The notes below the pieces were generated by a model. It was not told where the DNA came from. It ran no database searches and saw only the letters and a program-made list of their open reading frames with translations. A program made the position numbers and the translations under genes. A DNA stretch of 64,000 nucleotides from Moniliella sp. 'wahieum' (taxonomy: Eukaryota). This document shows, piece by piece, positions 48,900 to 61,657 of this stretch. Position 1 is the stretch's first letter; every line of letters starts with the position of its first letter. Location: assembly GCA_003971905.1 (NCBI GenBank), contig RSEE01000057.1:62001-126000 (forward strand). The letters are read 5' to 3'.

Positions 48900-51250
48900 C
48901 TGCTAGTTGTTGGCGGCTACTAGTGACCGTGAGAGAGAGACTGATCTCGGCGTTCGTATATATCCTCTCATATGTGGGTCACATCCTTCTCCAGATGGTC
49001 GAATCGAGATGAACAATCCGCGATCGGGGAGACCTGGACCTACTGCCGTAGTGGCCCTGACGGATATTCGGGAGTTGCGTACGGGGATATATTCTACACA
49101 CACTCTCATGTCTGGAAATAAAGTGCGGCGTGTGCGCGTCTTCACACACCCGACGCTTGGATTCACTCTATCACAGCCTCCCGTAATAGACTTGCGATAA
49201 CGTCTTGGCGAATCCCTCTGCTTATCGACCGATTCGTATTTGAAAAGGCCATAGGATACCCTGGAAACAGCAAACCAGCCATAATCAATTGAAACCCGTC
49301 CGAGAAGGGAAAGAAGCCATATGCCACGCATAAAGAAACCACGCCAGTCGGGAACATGTGGGTTTTTACTTTCGAAATACCTACTTGCCCAGTGCGCGCA
49401 GGAGCAAAAGAGGTTGGGGCAGAATCTGTACCCAAATAATAATAAGAAGCACCCAAACTGAGTATGGGGGAACAGAGAAAGTATAGGGGTCGGTGAGCGA
49501 CAGGTTCAAATCAGGTTTTAGCATGTTACTAGGCAACGTGTGGTGGAGGAACGGGAAGCACGGATTGAATACATTTATGGGCGACGGTGGCTATGTATAT
49601 GTATACCTCAGAAGGAAGGAGGTTACTCATACGGGCCTAGTGGGCTAAGGGCCCCTAGCGCGTCGTGAGTCCGAAATTTTCGGTCCAGGCTGATAAAAGG
49701 CATGCTCACAGAATCATGACACAGCGGCTTATAGCCATGCGTCGTATCTGTCTCGGATCAATAACTGAGTATATTCATTTGTTGACATGGATATAGGAAT
49801 GGGGAAAATGGAGACAAGCCGCTACTAACTAGGACTGTATATAAAAGAAGAAGTGGTGCACGAGAGCACTGCGTCGCCTTTGGAACGCCGGGAGAAGGAA
49901 CTTCTTCGGCTGCTTGAACAAGCAGAATGTGCGACAAGAACGCCAAGTGCCAGGGACGCACTCAAGAGCCGTTTTTCCCCCTGGTTCCTTGACCTTGGTG
50001 GCGCTTCCAATAACCCCCGCAAGATGAACGGTTCGGTTTAGACGTTAGCGTTCCCCCTGTCCCAGCCTTAAGCTCTGTCAATGATATGGATTCAAAAAGA
50101 GGAAAGTGATGGTATGTGAGATCGAGCAGAGCATAGAAAAGAGGGGTCCGGTGAGAGATTGAAAAGAGCCAAAATAAGCCGAAGGTGAGACGAAGGTGAG
50201 CAACGGATCAAGATCGATAGCGAGTCAAGATTGAGGGCATCGGGCACACCTGTGAGGACGCAAAGATAAAAATGAGAAAGAAAACGAGCATGAATAAAGC
50301 GAGAGAAGTTGGTATATTTAGGTCGGTGCAGCCCATCACAATGATGTATTACAGGATGGGGGGCGGAGGAAAGCCCCACAGACACTAAAACTTGCTGGAT
50401 CTCTCCCTCCACCCGATTGATGATATAAGGGTACTAGACGTGTTGCGGTGGATTATAATGTTGTGCGCCGGTTTGTAAGGTTCAGTAAGCTGACCCGAAC
50501 GACTGACCAGAGGTGCCTGTGGGAAGGATTTTATAAGCAGCTCTTCCCCCTGAGGGGCGTAGAAGGGTACAGACATCTGTGTCCAGGGCTGCTGCACACA
50601 GTTACATCTATTCTCGCTGGGCGAGAAGATAAGGACAACATGGACTCAAGAAAGGGAGGACACAGGGTACAGTACTCTGGACTAGAGAGGAGTTAAGCTC
50701 TTCAAAGTGCTTCGTTTGGATCCAGGTGTCAGGTGTGTGGTAATTCGTGGAGTATATGAGGGACGATCAACTCGACATATGCTCACGTTCAGTATAAGTA
50801 TAGACAACATTTGGTTATCAGGCAGCAGAGTCAGGGTTGCCCAATGCGGTATTCTCAATGTGTGTACAGTGTGCCCCCCCCCCCCGCGTGTGGTATAGGG
50901 CCTCCGAGATCAAGACTCCGTCTTATTACCACAACATTCTTGTTGAACCTAAAGCCACAAGACAACCACAGCTGTCACGGGTGTGCCCTCCCCCGAGCGT
51001 TTAGGGGTCGACGCCTTTGAGGTCCGAACAAGACTCACAGCCGTTCATGCTGGGCTTGTTGGTGGATCCGAGCAGGGCTCGGAGAGGCCTATCGGCATAT
51101 GGAAGAGGCAGCGGCATGCGTGGCAACTCTGCTGAGTATGCACTAGCTTGGACAATAGTGACCTGTGGCTGAAGCAGTTCGCACACGGGAACAGGGAAAA
51201 AAAAGACAGCGGGCTCGGACAATGCTAATCTATCTCACACATGACTTTTG
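48900..51250 (-). pseudogene. Heavily decayed CxC2-type KDZ (Kyakuja-Dileera-Zisupton) transposase
   Basis: Ordered motif remnants across frames: PAVF..CANCF..YCPS*CI..MPL (~51.2 kb); HLAFLS/HSACS (~49.93 kb); PILSLGASYY (49.45 kb); TGVVSLCVAYGFF (49.33 kb); TPHFISRH..VC (49.11 kb); ATTAVGPG (49.04 kb); IWRR (48.99 kb). Confidence 0.5.
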
Positions 51251-52174
51251 GTGTGGGGACCGTGGGACCGGAGCTGAGACTGAAGACTTGGGCTGAGAGC
51301 TACACAGATTGGATTTAGGAAAGCCGTAAAAGGAGCGGTTGTGACATTCTGGAGCTTAGACGTGGAAAGCTGTTGAGAGGCAGTGTGAGACTGAGTGTAG
51401 AGCAAAGGAGGCAGTAATAAGAGGAGAAGGGGTCTGTACCGGATATATGGATTGACGAATATTGAGACGCCAAAGGATTATTGGAGAAGACAAAAGTGAA
51501 GAGATCAATGAAACTACCAGCCACTGTCACTGCTTACAAACAGGGATTAAAAGGAAAACACGTACTAAAATAGTAGAGAGAGAACAGGGGAGCAGACAGA
51601 AGAAAAAGGCACTGGGGAGCAGTTTCGAAGGCGAGAAACAATAATGGAACAGATGGATTCGTAACGCTTCGTCCTCTTGAGGACAAGACGAGAGGGTAAG
51701 AACAGGTAAGAAGCAGAGGGGCGTCTGTCGTCGCCAAAAGAAGTAGGTCGATGGCCGCTCGTATACCACCGCATATATGGGTCGGCCACTTTTTTTACTG
51801 TGGAGCTTGGCTGGACTTTTTGGGAGAGAGCTCTGTTATGACTGGTCAAAGCATCGGGTCTTAGTTAGATCGGATCGAATCGGCGCGGGCACCTATAACG
51901 CGTAGTAACCCTCAACAGCGGGGCAGAGTTATGCTCGAGCATCATAATATACTCACCGCGAAGATGTGGAAGCAGGTGCACAGTATATGAGCTCTACTAC
52001 CCGAGAAAATCAAAGAGTCTGTGACGGAAACGCAATGGGCTGTGAGCGCCTAGCTGTGTGTATACAGTTACCCGGGGATCTCTCTCCTCTATATAGGTGC
52101 CTGTGCAGTTGACATGCAAACTATTGAAGTGCCTCAGAGTCCAGCTTTTAGTATATCTGTTATGAGCCGCGTCA

Positions 52175-52570
52175 GATCCAAGTTGGTCAGATCCAAGCTA
52201 AGGCTCGCCTGCTCTGCACAATCCAATAGAGCGCGCTCCCAAACCCACTGAACAAGTTTGACGATGGTTGCTTGAATCATGTACGGTGGCCCGAGTAGCC
52301 ATGCGTACGTGCGACAGTAATCGCCCCCCCTCCCAAGTTCAAATCGGATGGCTGAAACAAGGCCACCTAGCTTCCAGTATCATTGCGACGACTGTCGCCT
52401 CTGTCTCCGCTTATTCCTTTTCTTTTCTCGGTTGCGCCTGCGGCAACCAACTTCTCTTTTGTTCCTGTCTACCCCCTCTTGTATCTGTTCCCTTTTGATC
52501 TAGCCCGTACCACTCGTGGATGGGGATCCTTTCCTCCATCTTCCGTTCTCGTCCACCTCTCGTCCTTTCC
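52175..52570 (+). repeat. Dispersed ~400-bp repeat, copy 2 (direct orientation to copy 1)
   Basis: Same anchors as copy 1 at an offset of about 13.47 kb. Confidence 0.85.
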
Positions 52571-53006
52571 CGCCTATCGGCTGTCCGACTCTTGCCCGAT
52601 TTCCCAGCCAATTAATCCAGTACAAGCAGGCTCCTTGCCTTTTAGCTCCGGCCTCCTCTTCCCATCTCGCCCTCCAGCACTCCACGACCGCCGCCTGGAC
52701 CCGTGCTGTACGCATTGTATGGGCATGGATGGGGGCGGGACTCGATGGTGCTCCACATCGTGGCTGTGGTGCTGGAATCGCCATAGGTTCGGTCGGTTAC
52801 CGGTTACCCAGGGCAGGGATTGAAATTGAAACGGGTATGGGTCACGTGACACGTGTCCATCCGGGGAGCTGAACGTTCACGTGAGCCCAGCGGCGCTGCC
52901 TGGTTGCGCTCGGCGTCGACGGCCATCGCCGCCCGCCCATCCACTCGACGGCGACGTAGCCTCCGCCCCCCCTTCACACCGCCACCATCGCTCCCACGCG
53001 CCATAC

Positions 53007-56000
53007 ATGGCAGCGGCGCTCGCGCGGCTGCTGAGGATGCTGCTGCGGACGCTGCTGCGCAGCACACCGCCCTCTGCCTCCTCCTTCTCGCTACCGCTGC
53101 GCGCGCCAGCCCCTCCGTTAGTCCCCCCCCGCCAATGCCAACTCCACCATCCTCCCCCAGCTTGACATCCCCAGCCTAGGACAGGTCGCGGCCCCGGTTC
53201 CTTCTCTGGCATGGACATTTCCCGCACCAGTGCCACCTCCCGCGCCCTCGGCCACGCCCGCCTCGATCCCTTACGCAGCACCCTCTTTGCTCGCTCCGAC
53301 CTCGGCCTTCTCTTCCCGGCCGGTGCCACCGACCAGGGCGGGTCGATCCACGCTATCTGCTCAATGCGTCTTCCCTCGGGTGTCACCGCCTCACCCGGTG
53401 CTGGTGCCGCTCGTTCTGACCCCCAACCCCTGCTCCCCTATCCGGCACTAGCAGCAGTTACTAGTGCCGCCCCTCCCTTTTTGGACGCAGCCACCCCTGT
53501 GGGCAATGCAGCCGATGGACAAATCGTCTTTGTTGCTGGCAACTTTACTGCCATTGGCAACGTCACTGCCCGCAGTATTGCCCGCTGGATGCTCAGACTG
53601 GTAGCTGGTCTGCTCTGGCTGATGGCATCAACGGCACGGTCAATGCGCTTCACTGTTCCTCCTCCCGCGCCTCGGTGGTCGTCGCTGGCGACTTCCCTGC
53701 CCCGGCCTCCGTGCATGATGGCGGTGACTATGCCGGAAATGTGGCCTTGTGGGACGTATCCAAAGGCGCCTGGTCCCCGCCTTCTTCCGCGGCCTGAATG
53801 CTCCGTCCAATCCCTGTCTGCCGGCATCGCCAATGCCAGCAACGTCATGTTCCTTGGAAACTTTTGTCTGTCCTGTGGTCTTCTACTGCCGTGCCGCCAC
53901 CCTCGAGCGCCAGCACACTCACACTTCAGCCTGCCTCGCCTCTGCCTCGAACTGGATCTTCCCTACCCCTTTAGGCTCCGACCCGCTTACGGGCCTCCTC
54001 GCCCCACTTGCATGGGGTGGTGGAAGTGATTTCTCAGGTACCGCCGCTGACGGAGGTATGGGCGCCTCTTCTGCGCTTCGGTGTCCTGCGGGGCCGATGG
54101 GCCTCAAAACTCTTTTTCGTTTTCCCCTGGCTCGGGTGGGGGGAGCAAACATCAGCTTTGGCGGCGCGGCCGAGGTTCGCGGCTTGCGATTGAGCAATTC
54201 GTATGCCAACTCTTCCGGCACCACACGTTTCATGTCACTCCCGCCACCGCTTTGGGCACGGACGGGACCACGGGATCTGCATCCGCACCTCCTCCTTGTC
54301 CTGGGCGTACGTCGACCCGGCAACGGGCAATGGCGCCAACTGTTCCTCTACGTGTCCTTTGCCCCGCACCCGGCTGCTCCCTACACGGATTTTACCCTGC
54401 TCAATTCTACGAGTCAATATGGGGTGGAAACGACGTCGACCATGGCGGGCTTGACGGTTGTCTTGACTGGATGGACAGGCGGCGCACAGGTCTGCATGCG
54501 ATCCAAGTCCTCAGCCCAGGAGCCGTAGTAAGTGCAACACGACCCTCAACCAGGGCGCGCAATGCGCGTCGCCTGAGCCTGGTGCTGCTGGCACCTCTCC
54601 CTACCTTGCGCTCTTTGGACCGGACGACCCTGGTGGACGACCACCACGTACTCGGCAGAGACGCTCCAAACGGTCGCAGGTTCGTCCAGCAACACACCGA
54701 GACCTATGCGTACTATACCTCGACGTGGGCTAATACCTCGTGGCCCAGTACTCTGCCTCAGGCCCCAGCGAAGTCCGAGCAGAATACTACCCTTCTGTGC
54801 TGGCCGCGGGGAACTACACGGCGTACCTTCGAGTCCCTCCTTGCTCCCAGACGTCGGAGGCAGGCGGATGTTCAAGCCGGACATCGGTGAACGTGTCTGT
54901 CTCCATCCCGGACTATGCGCCTGCCCATGTGCCCGCCAGTACCCATTGGGCCGTAGTCGACCAGAACGTGACCCGCTGACGACGGTGGCAGTGTGGACGG
55001 GCGCCTTGGGCCCACGGACGAGTTCCAACGCGTCATCCGGCCCGATCTTTACTCTCTCGCTTGCAGCTACTGCCAGCGCCCCTCAGGTGCCAACCTGACC
55101 ACAGATCAATTCGCTCTGCTTGCGGACCGGCTTTTGGCGTTAGCCAATTCGACTGGCGCTCCGGCCGCATCGGCCAAGTCGGCGGCATTCTCGAGTATGA
55201 CCCTTGGGACACCTCTCTAGTCGGTCCTGTGGCAACCTGCCGACGACTGGCAACACCTCTGCCTCCCTTCCGGCGCAGTTGGGCTCCACAGCCGACCGCG
55301 TAGGCGCCGCCTTGTCTCCTCGGGCGTGGAGAGAGCAGCTGTGTCCAATGGTGCCTCCTACTCTGTCATGGCTCTGGCCTCCATCCCCGCTGAGCAAGGG
55401 GTGCGCAACCGGGTGCTCGTTTCGGGGGAGTTTACTGGCTTTGCCGCTCTCCTCGCGCAAGCGGACGTTACCAACCAAACCGCACGTTGACCTTGCTTCC
55501 GCCAATTTGACCTCCGTTGCGCGGGGGGATGCGTTTGCCAACTTGGCCGTGTGGTCCGTGGGCGCACCTGGGGCAACGTTTCTGCGCCGCTGAACGAGGG
55601 CGCTCAAGATACAGGCTCGCTTCTCTCTCCCAATGGGCTAGGCCTGTCCAATCCGTCTCTTGGTGCCGTGGCTGCGACGACGGGGCAGGGTACCCTAGTC
55701 TACCTGGGTGGCACTTTGCTGCCACTAGTGATGGGAGATAGCGCTCCCGCGTAGCCGCCTACAATGCCTCTAGCGACAGCTGGGTCGCTATTCCGTCCAC
55801 GAACCCTGTTGGGTTCAATCCTTCTGCTAATGGAGGGATGCCACCGAGCCTCCGCTCGGGCTGGGGGCACGATCGGGGAGTGACCATGTTCCAGTCCCCC
55901 AATGGCCCCAAGGGGGCACCCCCATCGTAGGGTTCTTGGGCTCGTTGAGCATGCCCAACTTGGCTGGCATGGGCTGGGGGCCGGGGATGAGGTGATGGAC

Positions 56001-59000
56001 GAGAGCAACCTAGCCGTGGCCGCCTGGTGGCGTCGTTCTCTGGAACGTTACCGGAGGCAGCATCTTCCTCCCATAGGCAAGAACGGGAGCCTGTATGCTC
56101 AAGGGGATGGCTGCTCCCGAACAATCTCTTGACCGCCAACATGTCGGCCGCGCATGGATTTGACATGCCCTCTGGCGCGGGAGGGGCATTGGAACGCTTC
56201 CCCTTTGCCATGCTCGCCGGTCCGGCTCAGACGCTCGCTGGCATGCTGGCCCCGAGCAGCGCGCTGCTGCAGGCGTCGAGCTATATTTCGTCAGATCCCA
56301 ATGCGGTAGGGGTCACTCTCGCCTCGCTCAACTTCTCCTTTGTCCCCGCCGAGATGATGTATGCCCAACCGTCCGGGCCCAGCCACCCGGGAGAAGAGAT
56401 GCGCCCCCCACGTTGCCACCCTCGTCCTCCAGTTTTCCCAGCATGCCGATCCCCGCATGTACGCCTCGCGCCCCTGGATTCCCTCGGGTGATGTTCAACT
56501 CAACCTATCGGCCTTGTTTCCCTCCAGTTCCAACGACCAGGTGGCCATTGTGCGTGCGGGAGCGTATTGGACCCGCTTTCGGCGCGCAACTCTCCTCAGC
56601 AAGTGGGTCGGGATCGGGGTCATGGTCGGAGCCAGAGTCGGGAACGAAAGTGACGGACGATTCCGAGAAGGATGCTCCCCTCCCGTTACCCATGGTGGGT
56701 GGATGTCAGGGTTGCACCCGACGGTGGTGCAAGGGTCTGAACCTGCGCTGCTCATTATCGGAGGGAACTTTACCTCGGCTGGCAACGTATCCAACTTGGG
56801 GCTCTACGATCCCACCTCGCACAGTCTTCTCCCCTTTCCTCCACTTCCGTTTGATGTTGGTGCGGGCCTAGCCAGCCCGCCGGATGATGACATGGGCTCT
56901 GACTCGGATAGTTCATCCAGCTCAGACTCTGGTTCTTCTTCCTTGGAAACGCCCGACTGGAACACGACTCAGCCCTACCTCATCTCTGACGTTCATGCTC
57001 TGACGGTGGTAAACCAGACCCTGTTTGTTGGTGCTAGAGGTGGCCTGCTGATCTTTGACTTGTACCACGGTGCGTGGTTGGAGAATGCTGCTCCGCTTGG
57101 TCGATCGCCCGAGTGGGTACCAAACAGCCACGGCTCGGACGGCGGCTCAGGGCACCTTGTCCACCCCCAGTTGTCGTACGCAAACTGCTCCCCAAGCCTG
57201 GGGCCGAAGTGATGGTTGTGGTGGGAGATTTTGATACGGCAGGCTCGCTCCCTTGTTCTCTATCTGCCTGTGGGACTTTACAGGCGGGGGTCCCTCAGGG
57301 CGTTGGATGCAGCTCGGATCCGGGTTTACGGGCCAAGTACTCGATGTGGACTTTGCAGACGTATGTGTTTCTCTGAATGGGTTGCGGGTGGTTGAAGGAG
57401 GATGGGAGTACTGACCTGATCCTCCCCTTGCGGCGGATGCTGAGGTACTGATCGTTGCGGCGCGCTGACGGTTGACGAGGAGGAGGCCGCGTTGGCCATG
57501 TGGAGTCTGTACAACGGGACCTGGAAGGACTTGGTACGGTCGGACCTGGGCCCCATCAAATTCCCGGGCCAGCCACGGCGGTAGTTGGTCAACGATTTGG
57601 CCCTCAACTCAGTCTTTGTTGCCGGGGTGAGCATCTTCAACCAGTCCCTCGCCTTGGCATGGGACGAGTCGGATTCCAGTGCTTCCTCCGACTCGTACTC
57701 CTGGGAGGAAACGCTCTTTCTCTTATGAAGCGCTCCCGGGCGGGCAATGGCCAGCAAACCAATCGATGGCCAACCGTATGTTCTCAAGTGGGACGGAGGT
57801 CAGTTTATCAACCTCGGGAACGACACCATCCTCGGCGGTCGAGTGACTCAACTTGCCATTCTTCCTACCCTTACTGCCGGACCCAAAACAGATATTATGC
57901 AGGACAACCGTGTCCTCTCCCTGATGGGGCAAGTGGTACTGAACAACTGGGGTCCAAGCGGGGCAGTACTGTTTGATGGGGATCGTTGGATGCCCTTTCT
58001 GACTCGACAGGGCCATTGGGTGACCCTGGAACAATTCTTAATCTCGCTCGGCAGAATCTACATGTTTCCTTTGTCAACTTGCACCACCTTCGTCGTGGTG
58101 TAGTGATTGCGATTGCGGTCCTCATGTCCTTGGGGATCGTTATTCTCCTCGTCGTGCTTGCCACGGTGGGTGCTACACTACTTACTTCGTCAGCTAGTGT
58201 GGTCGCCGCAAGGGATACTGAGTTGCAAATCCATACCCAGTCCCCTGCTCTGTCGGCCTTGCGCGCCGTGGGCTCCTCCGCTGCCTCACTCTCCAACGCG
58301 TCCATGAACACGTCCCTCTCCCCTGCTTTGGCAGCTGCGACCGGTGCGCTGGGGCGCCAATGGGCGCACTCGCCGCCTACAAAACTGCTGGGCGCGTTGG
58401 GCACGCCCTCTGGTCTCCGAGCGCGCTTTGTCCGCCCCAAGTTGACCCATACCCGCACTGACCAGACTGTGGCTTCAGCTGCTGGTACGGGTACGGGAGC
58501 GGGGCTACGGACCGATGCGTCGGGAAGCGCGCTTGCTCGTTTGTCCGACGATCGAACGGGCAGTGGAGAAGAAGTACTGCTCTCTCGAGGCGTTTCGCCT
58601 CGTCCCTCCCGCACCCCGTCGCCCCTAGGCTCGCTTGACCCGTTGGCAGGGGTACCCGCCACGCCACTACCCACAACCCGCGAGGAGCGGGACCCATCTC
58701 CGCCCCCTGTCGGTGGGGGCATGGACTTGCTTGCGCAACTCAACGCGGCGACAGAAAAAGTAATTCGAGCCGATACGGGCAACGAGGAGGATGCGCTCGA
58801 GGACGAATGGGACGAGTCGTCGTACAATTCGGATGAGGAGCCAGCGCCGGCACCGGCGGCACCTGTGCCGCTCCCTGGGCGGGATGCGCGAGAGGCACGG
58901 GCGGCCATGACGCGCGCCATGCAGACTTTCCGCCACAACCAACTGCAGTTCGATGCCGGTCCCTCGCCGTTAAGTCAACCGCGGTACGTGCCCACCGTAT

Positions 59001-59553
59001 CGCATCCCAACCCGACCTTGGAAGGCTTGTTGGACCAGATGGAGTTATCGGATCGAAGTCGGTCAGAGCATGCGCGGAACCTTTCTATGGCCACTACCAC
59101 CTCTACCACTGACCACCCTGTGGCGGTGACGGTTGCGCCGTCGTTAGAGTGGGGTCGGGAGCTCAGCGCCTCGCTCCCATTGGAAGCGCCACCGCTGGCG
59201 GCAGATTTGCTGCCTACCTTGGAGCCCTACTGGAACGGTGGCTATACGGCCACGACGCCGTTTATGGCCTACGTTTGCGCCGGTACGTGCCGCCTGCGGT
59301 AGAGAGGAGAGAGCGGCCGTCCAAGGTGGAATGGCAACCTCCTTCTTTGCCTGCTAGTACGGTGGTTGGCTCGATCCGGATTGTCGGGCGCGGTGGGGAG
59401 GGAGGAGGAAGGCCAGCAGGGTGGGAAGACGGGTTTGTGCTCCACCCAGGGCAAGAGGTGGAAGTACTGTGTGACCATGATCCGGCATGGTGGGTGGCCC
59501 GAGACGCGCATGGACACATCGCGGCGGTGCCGGCATCCATCTTGATTATGTAG
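53007..59553 (+). CDS. RAX2: Rax2-like polarity landmark: large beta-rich ectodomain, one TM helix, cytoplasmic tail with C-terminal SH3; many frameshifts
   Basis: Repeated VFVAGNFT / IIGGNFTSAG blades, VVVGDFDTAGSLPC, TM VVIAIAVLMSLGIVILLVVLATVG, terminal GFVLHPGQEVEVLCDHDPAWWVARDAHGHIAAVPASIL. Confidence 0.75.
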
Positions 59554-61657
59554 ACTTTCACTCCAAGCACGATTGTCCCCCTGCCAGTGTTGGTATGGCT
59601 TGTTACCCCAAACGATGTACAGTGCGATCTGCCATTATGGGGGGGGGGGCTCCTTGAGGGGGATGCTACTAGCTAGGTAGAGAGCGATTCGGTGGGTAGA
59701 TGTCATGTGTTGTGCTGCCAGTTGCCTCCCGCACCGCCCATCGGTGGTTGAGGTCAAAGTAGGTCAAGCCAAACCACAACTAAGAGAGACGAAAATGCAT
59801 CCATCATGGCATGAATGCGTCCAATCGTTTCGTCACTCGGCCCATTCCTTATCCCCCGCCCTGAGCCCGCCATATATATATGCCTCTCTTATAACGGCGG
59901 GCGGGCGACAAGATATGCCGGCCTCTCTTTGCCTTGGCTGCCGCGGGCCTCGGATCGGATCTCATGTTCAGGTTTTGCTCTGGGCGTCACGGATGAGATC
60001 TGAGATGAGGTGGGGCGTGGGACAGAAGCCGACAGTCGACTTTACAGTAACGTCGAGAGCACTGGAGACTGGGCCCACGCACACACGGTCTATGCCCGCG
60101 TCGACACTGCACACCTGGTCATCCGAGATCCTTGTAAAGGCAGGGGGCGTAGAGGAGGGACTGAGCGGTGAAGCTTGAAGGGCGAAGAGCCGCTCCGTAG
60201 CGCTTTGTGTGGCGGCAGTTCCGGTGAAGGACGGCGGAAGGGCGGCAGAATGGGTCAAAACCCGCGATTGGAAAAGGAGGAGGTTGGGGGACTGCTAATA
60301 GCAGGAAATAAACCTGTACGAGTCGATGAGGCGCCCCCCCCGTTCCGCCGTTGTTCCATCGACACTCCTCTCTGGCCTGTTTGCGTTTTCCCGGGCTGCC
60401 TTCGCTGAGGCCTGACTGCATTCCCAATGCCTCCTTCTTGGGCTCGCCTGCTCGCCTGCCTCATACCCTCCAACACCAACCAAACCAGCCCCGTTTTATT
60501 CCCCGAAGCGAGGCGCGCATTTCGATGATCGCCTATCGATTGGTCCGGAGTACCGGATGCATGGTGCATTGCATGATGCCATGATGCAGATGCTGGGGTG
60601 CGTGCGGGGGGTTGCACCGATGAGGGACTAATCGATTGGCCAGCCCAGATCCAGTACGTACGGCGCGAGCACATGCCTTCTGACCGGCAAATCCCGCCCG
60701 GCGGTCGGGGGGCAGCGCAGGGGGCGTGTGTGGCGTGGTGGCACTGGTGGGCGCTGGCGTGCCAGTGCTTGATTCGATTGATGATCGGCAGCGCCCAGGA
60801 GGACTAGCACTGCGCGTGGGTGCGTGGGTGCGTGGGTGCGTGGGGGCGTGGGGGCGTCGGGGCGAGGCAGCAGGGTGCAGAGGCTCGCTGTGTTCCGCGA
60901 CACTGGTGTGGTGCCGGGGTCTGTGAGTACGAGGTGCTGCGCACCGAATGCGCTCTGCTCGCAGCATCGGCGGCTTGGCGAGCGCTGGTGGGCGAGCACA
61001 GGCCAGCACTGCGTCTGCACTGCATGGGATGCATGTGCCATGTGATCGGCGTGGCGGGTGATGCGTGACGCGTGAGTTATGATCTGCATCGGCGCCTCGA
61101 GAGGGTTAGGGTGCCGGAGGCCTGCGGATCGCCTGTCACGCTTCACGCATGGGTGTGCCTGCTGCACGCTTGCACTGCTAGGGTGCTGCACGGAATATGG
61201 AATGCTGGCGGTGCCGAAGCGTGCCGTGCTGTGCCGCCCTCGCTTGGCGCGTCCTGCCCCCGGCATCATCGACATCATCGATCATCCACCGCACCGATCC
61301 GTCTGTGTGCAGCCTCCTGCCTGCGGCGTCTGCTCGGGTATCGATCATCCCCTCCGCGCAGGGCAAGAATGCAGCAAGCCCACACGGACCCCGTGCCCAG
61401 CGCCTGCACGCCGCCGTCTGTGATTCTCGCCCTCGCCCTCGCCCTCGCCCCCTCACACTCTCTCCCCTCCCTCGCAGGGCGGCAGCGTGGCCGGCGCTGC
61501 AGGCTGGTGCAGCTGGCAGGCTCAGCCAGTCGTCCCCATGTCCTCGTCTCTCCCTCGCACCTGCTTCGCTGCCTGCCCCCGTCTCGTTGCCACCACCACA
61601 TCCCCCTCCCTCCGTCCTCCCTCTCTTTTGCCCCCCCCCACGCTCCTTCACCGCCCG

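Noticed and set aside
52780..52860. GGTTACCGGTTACC / CACGTGACACGTG as transposon subterminal repeats
   Set aside because: No matching inverted end seen; equally compatible with promoter motifs upstream of RAX2
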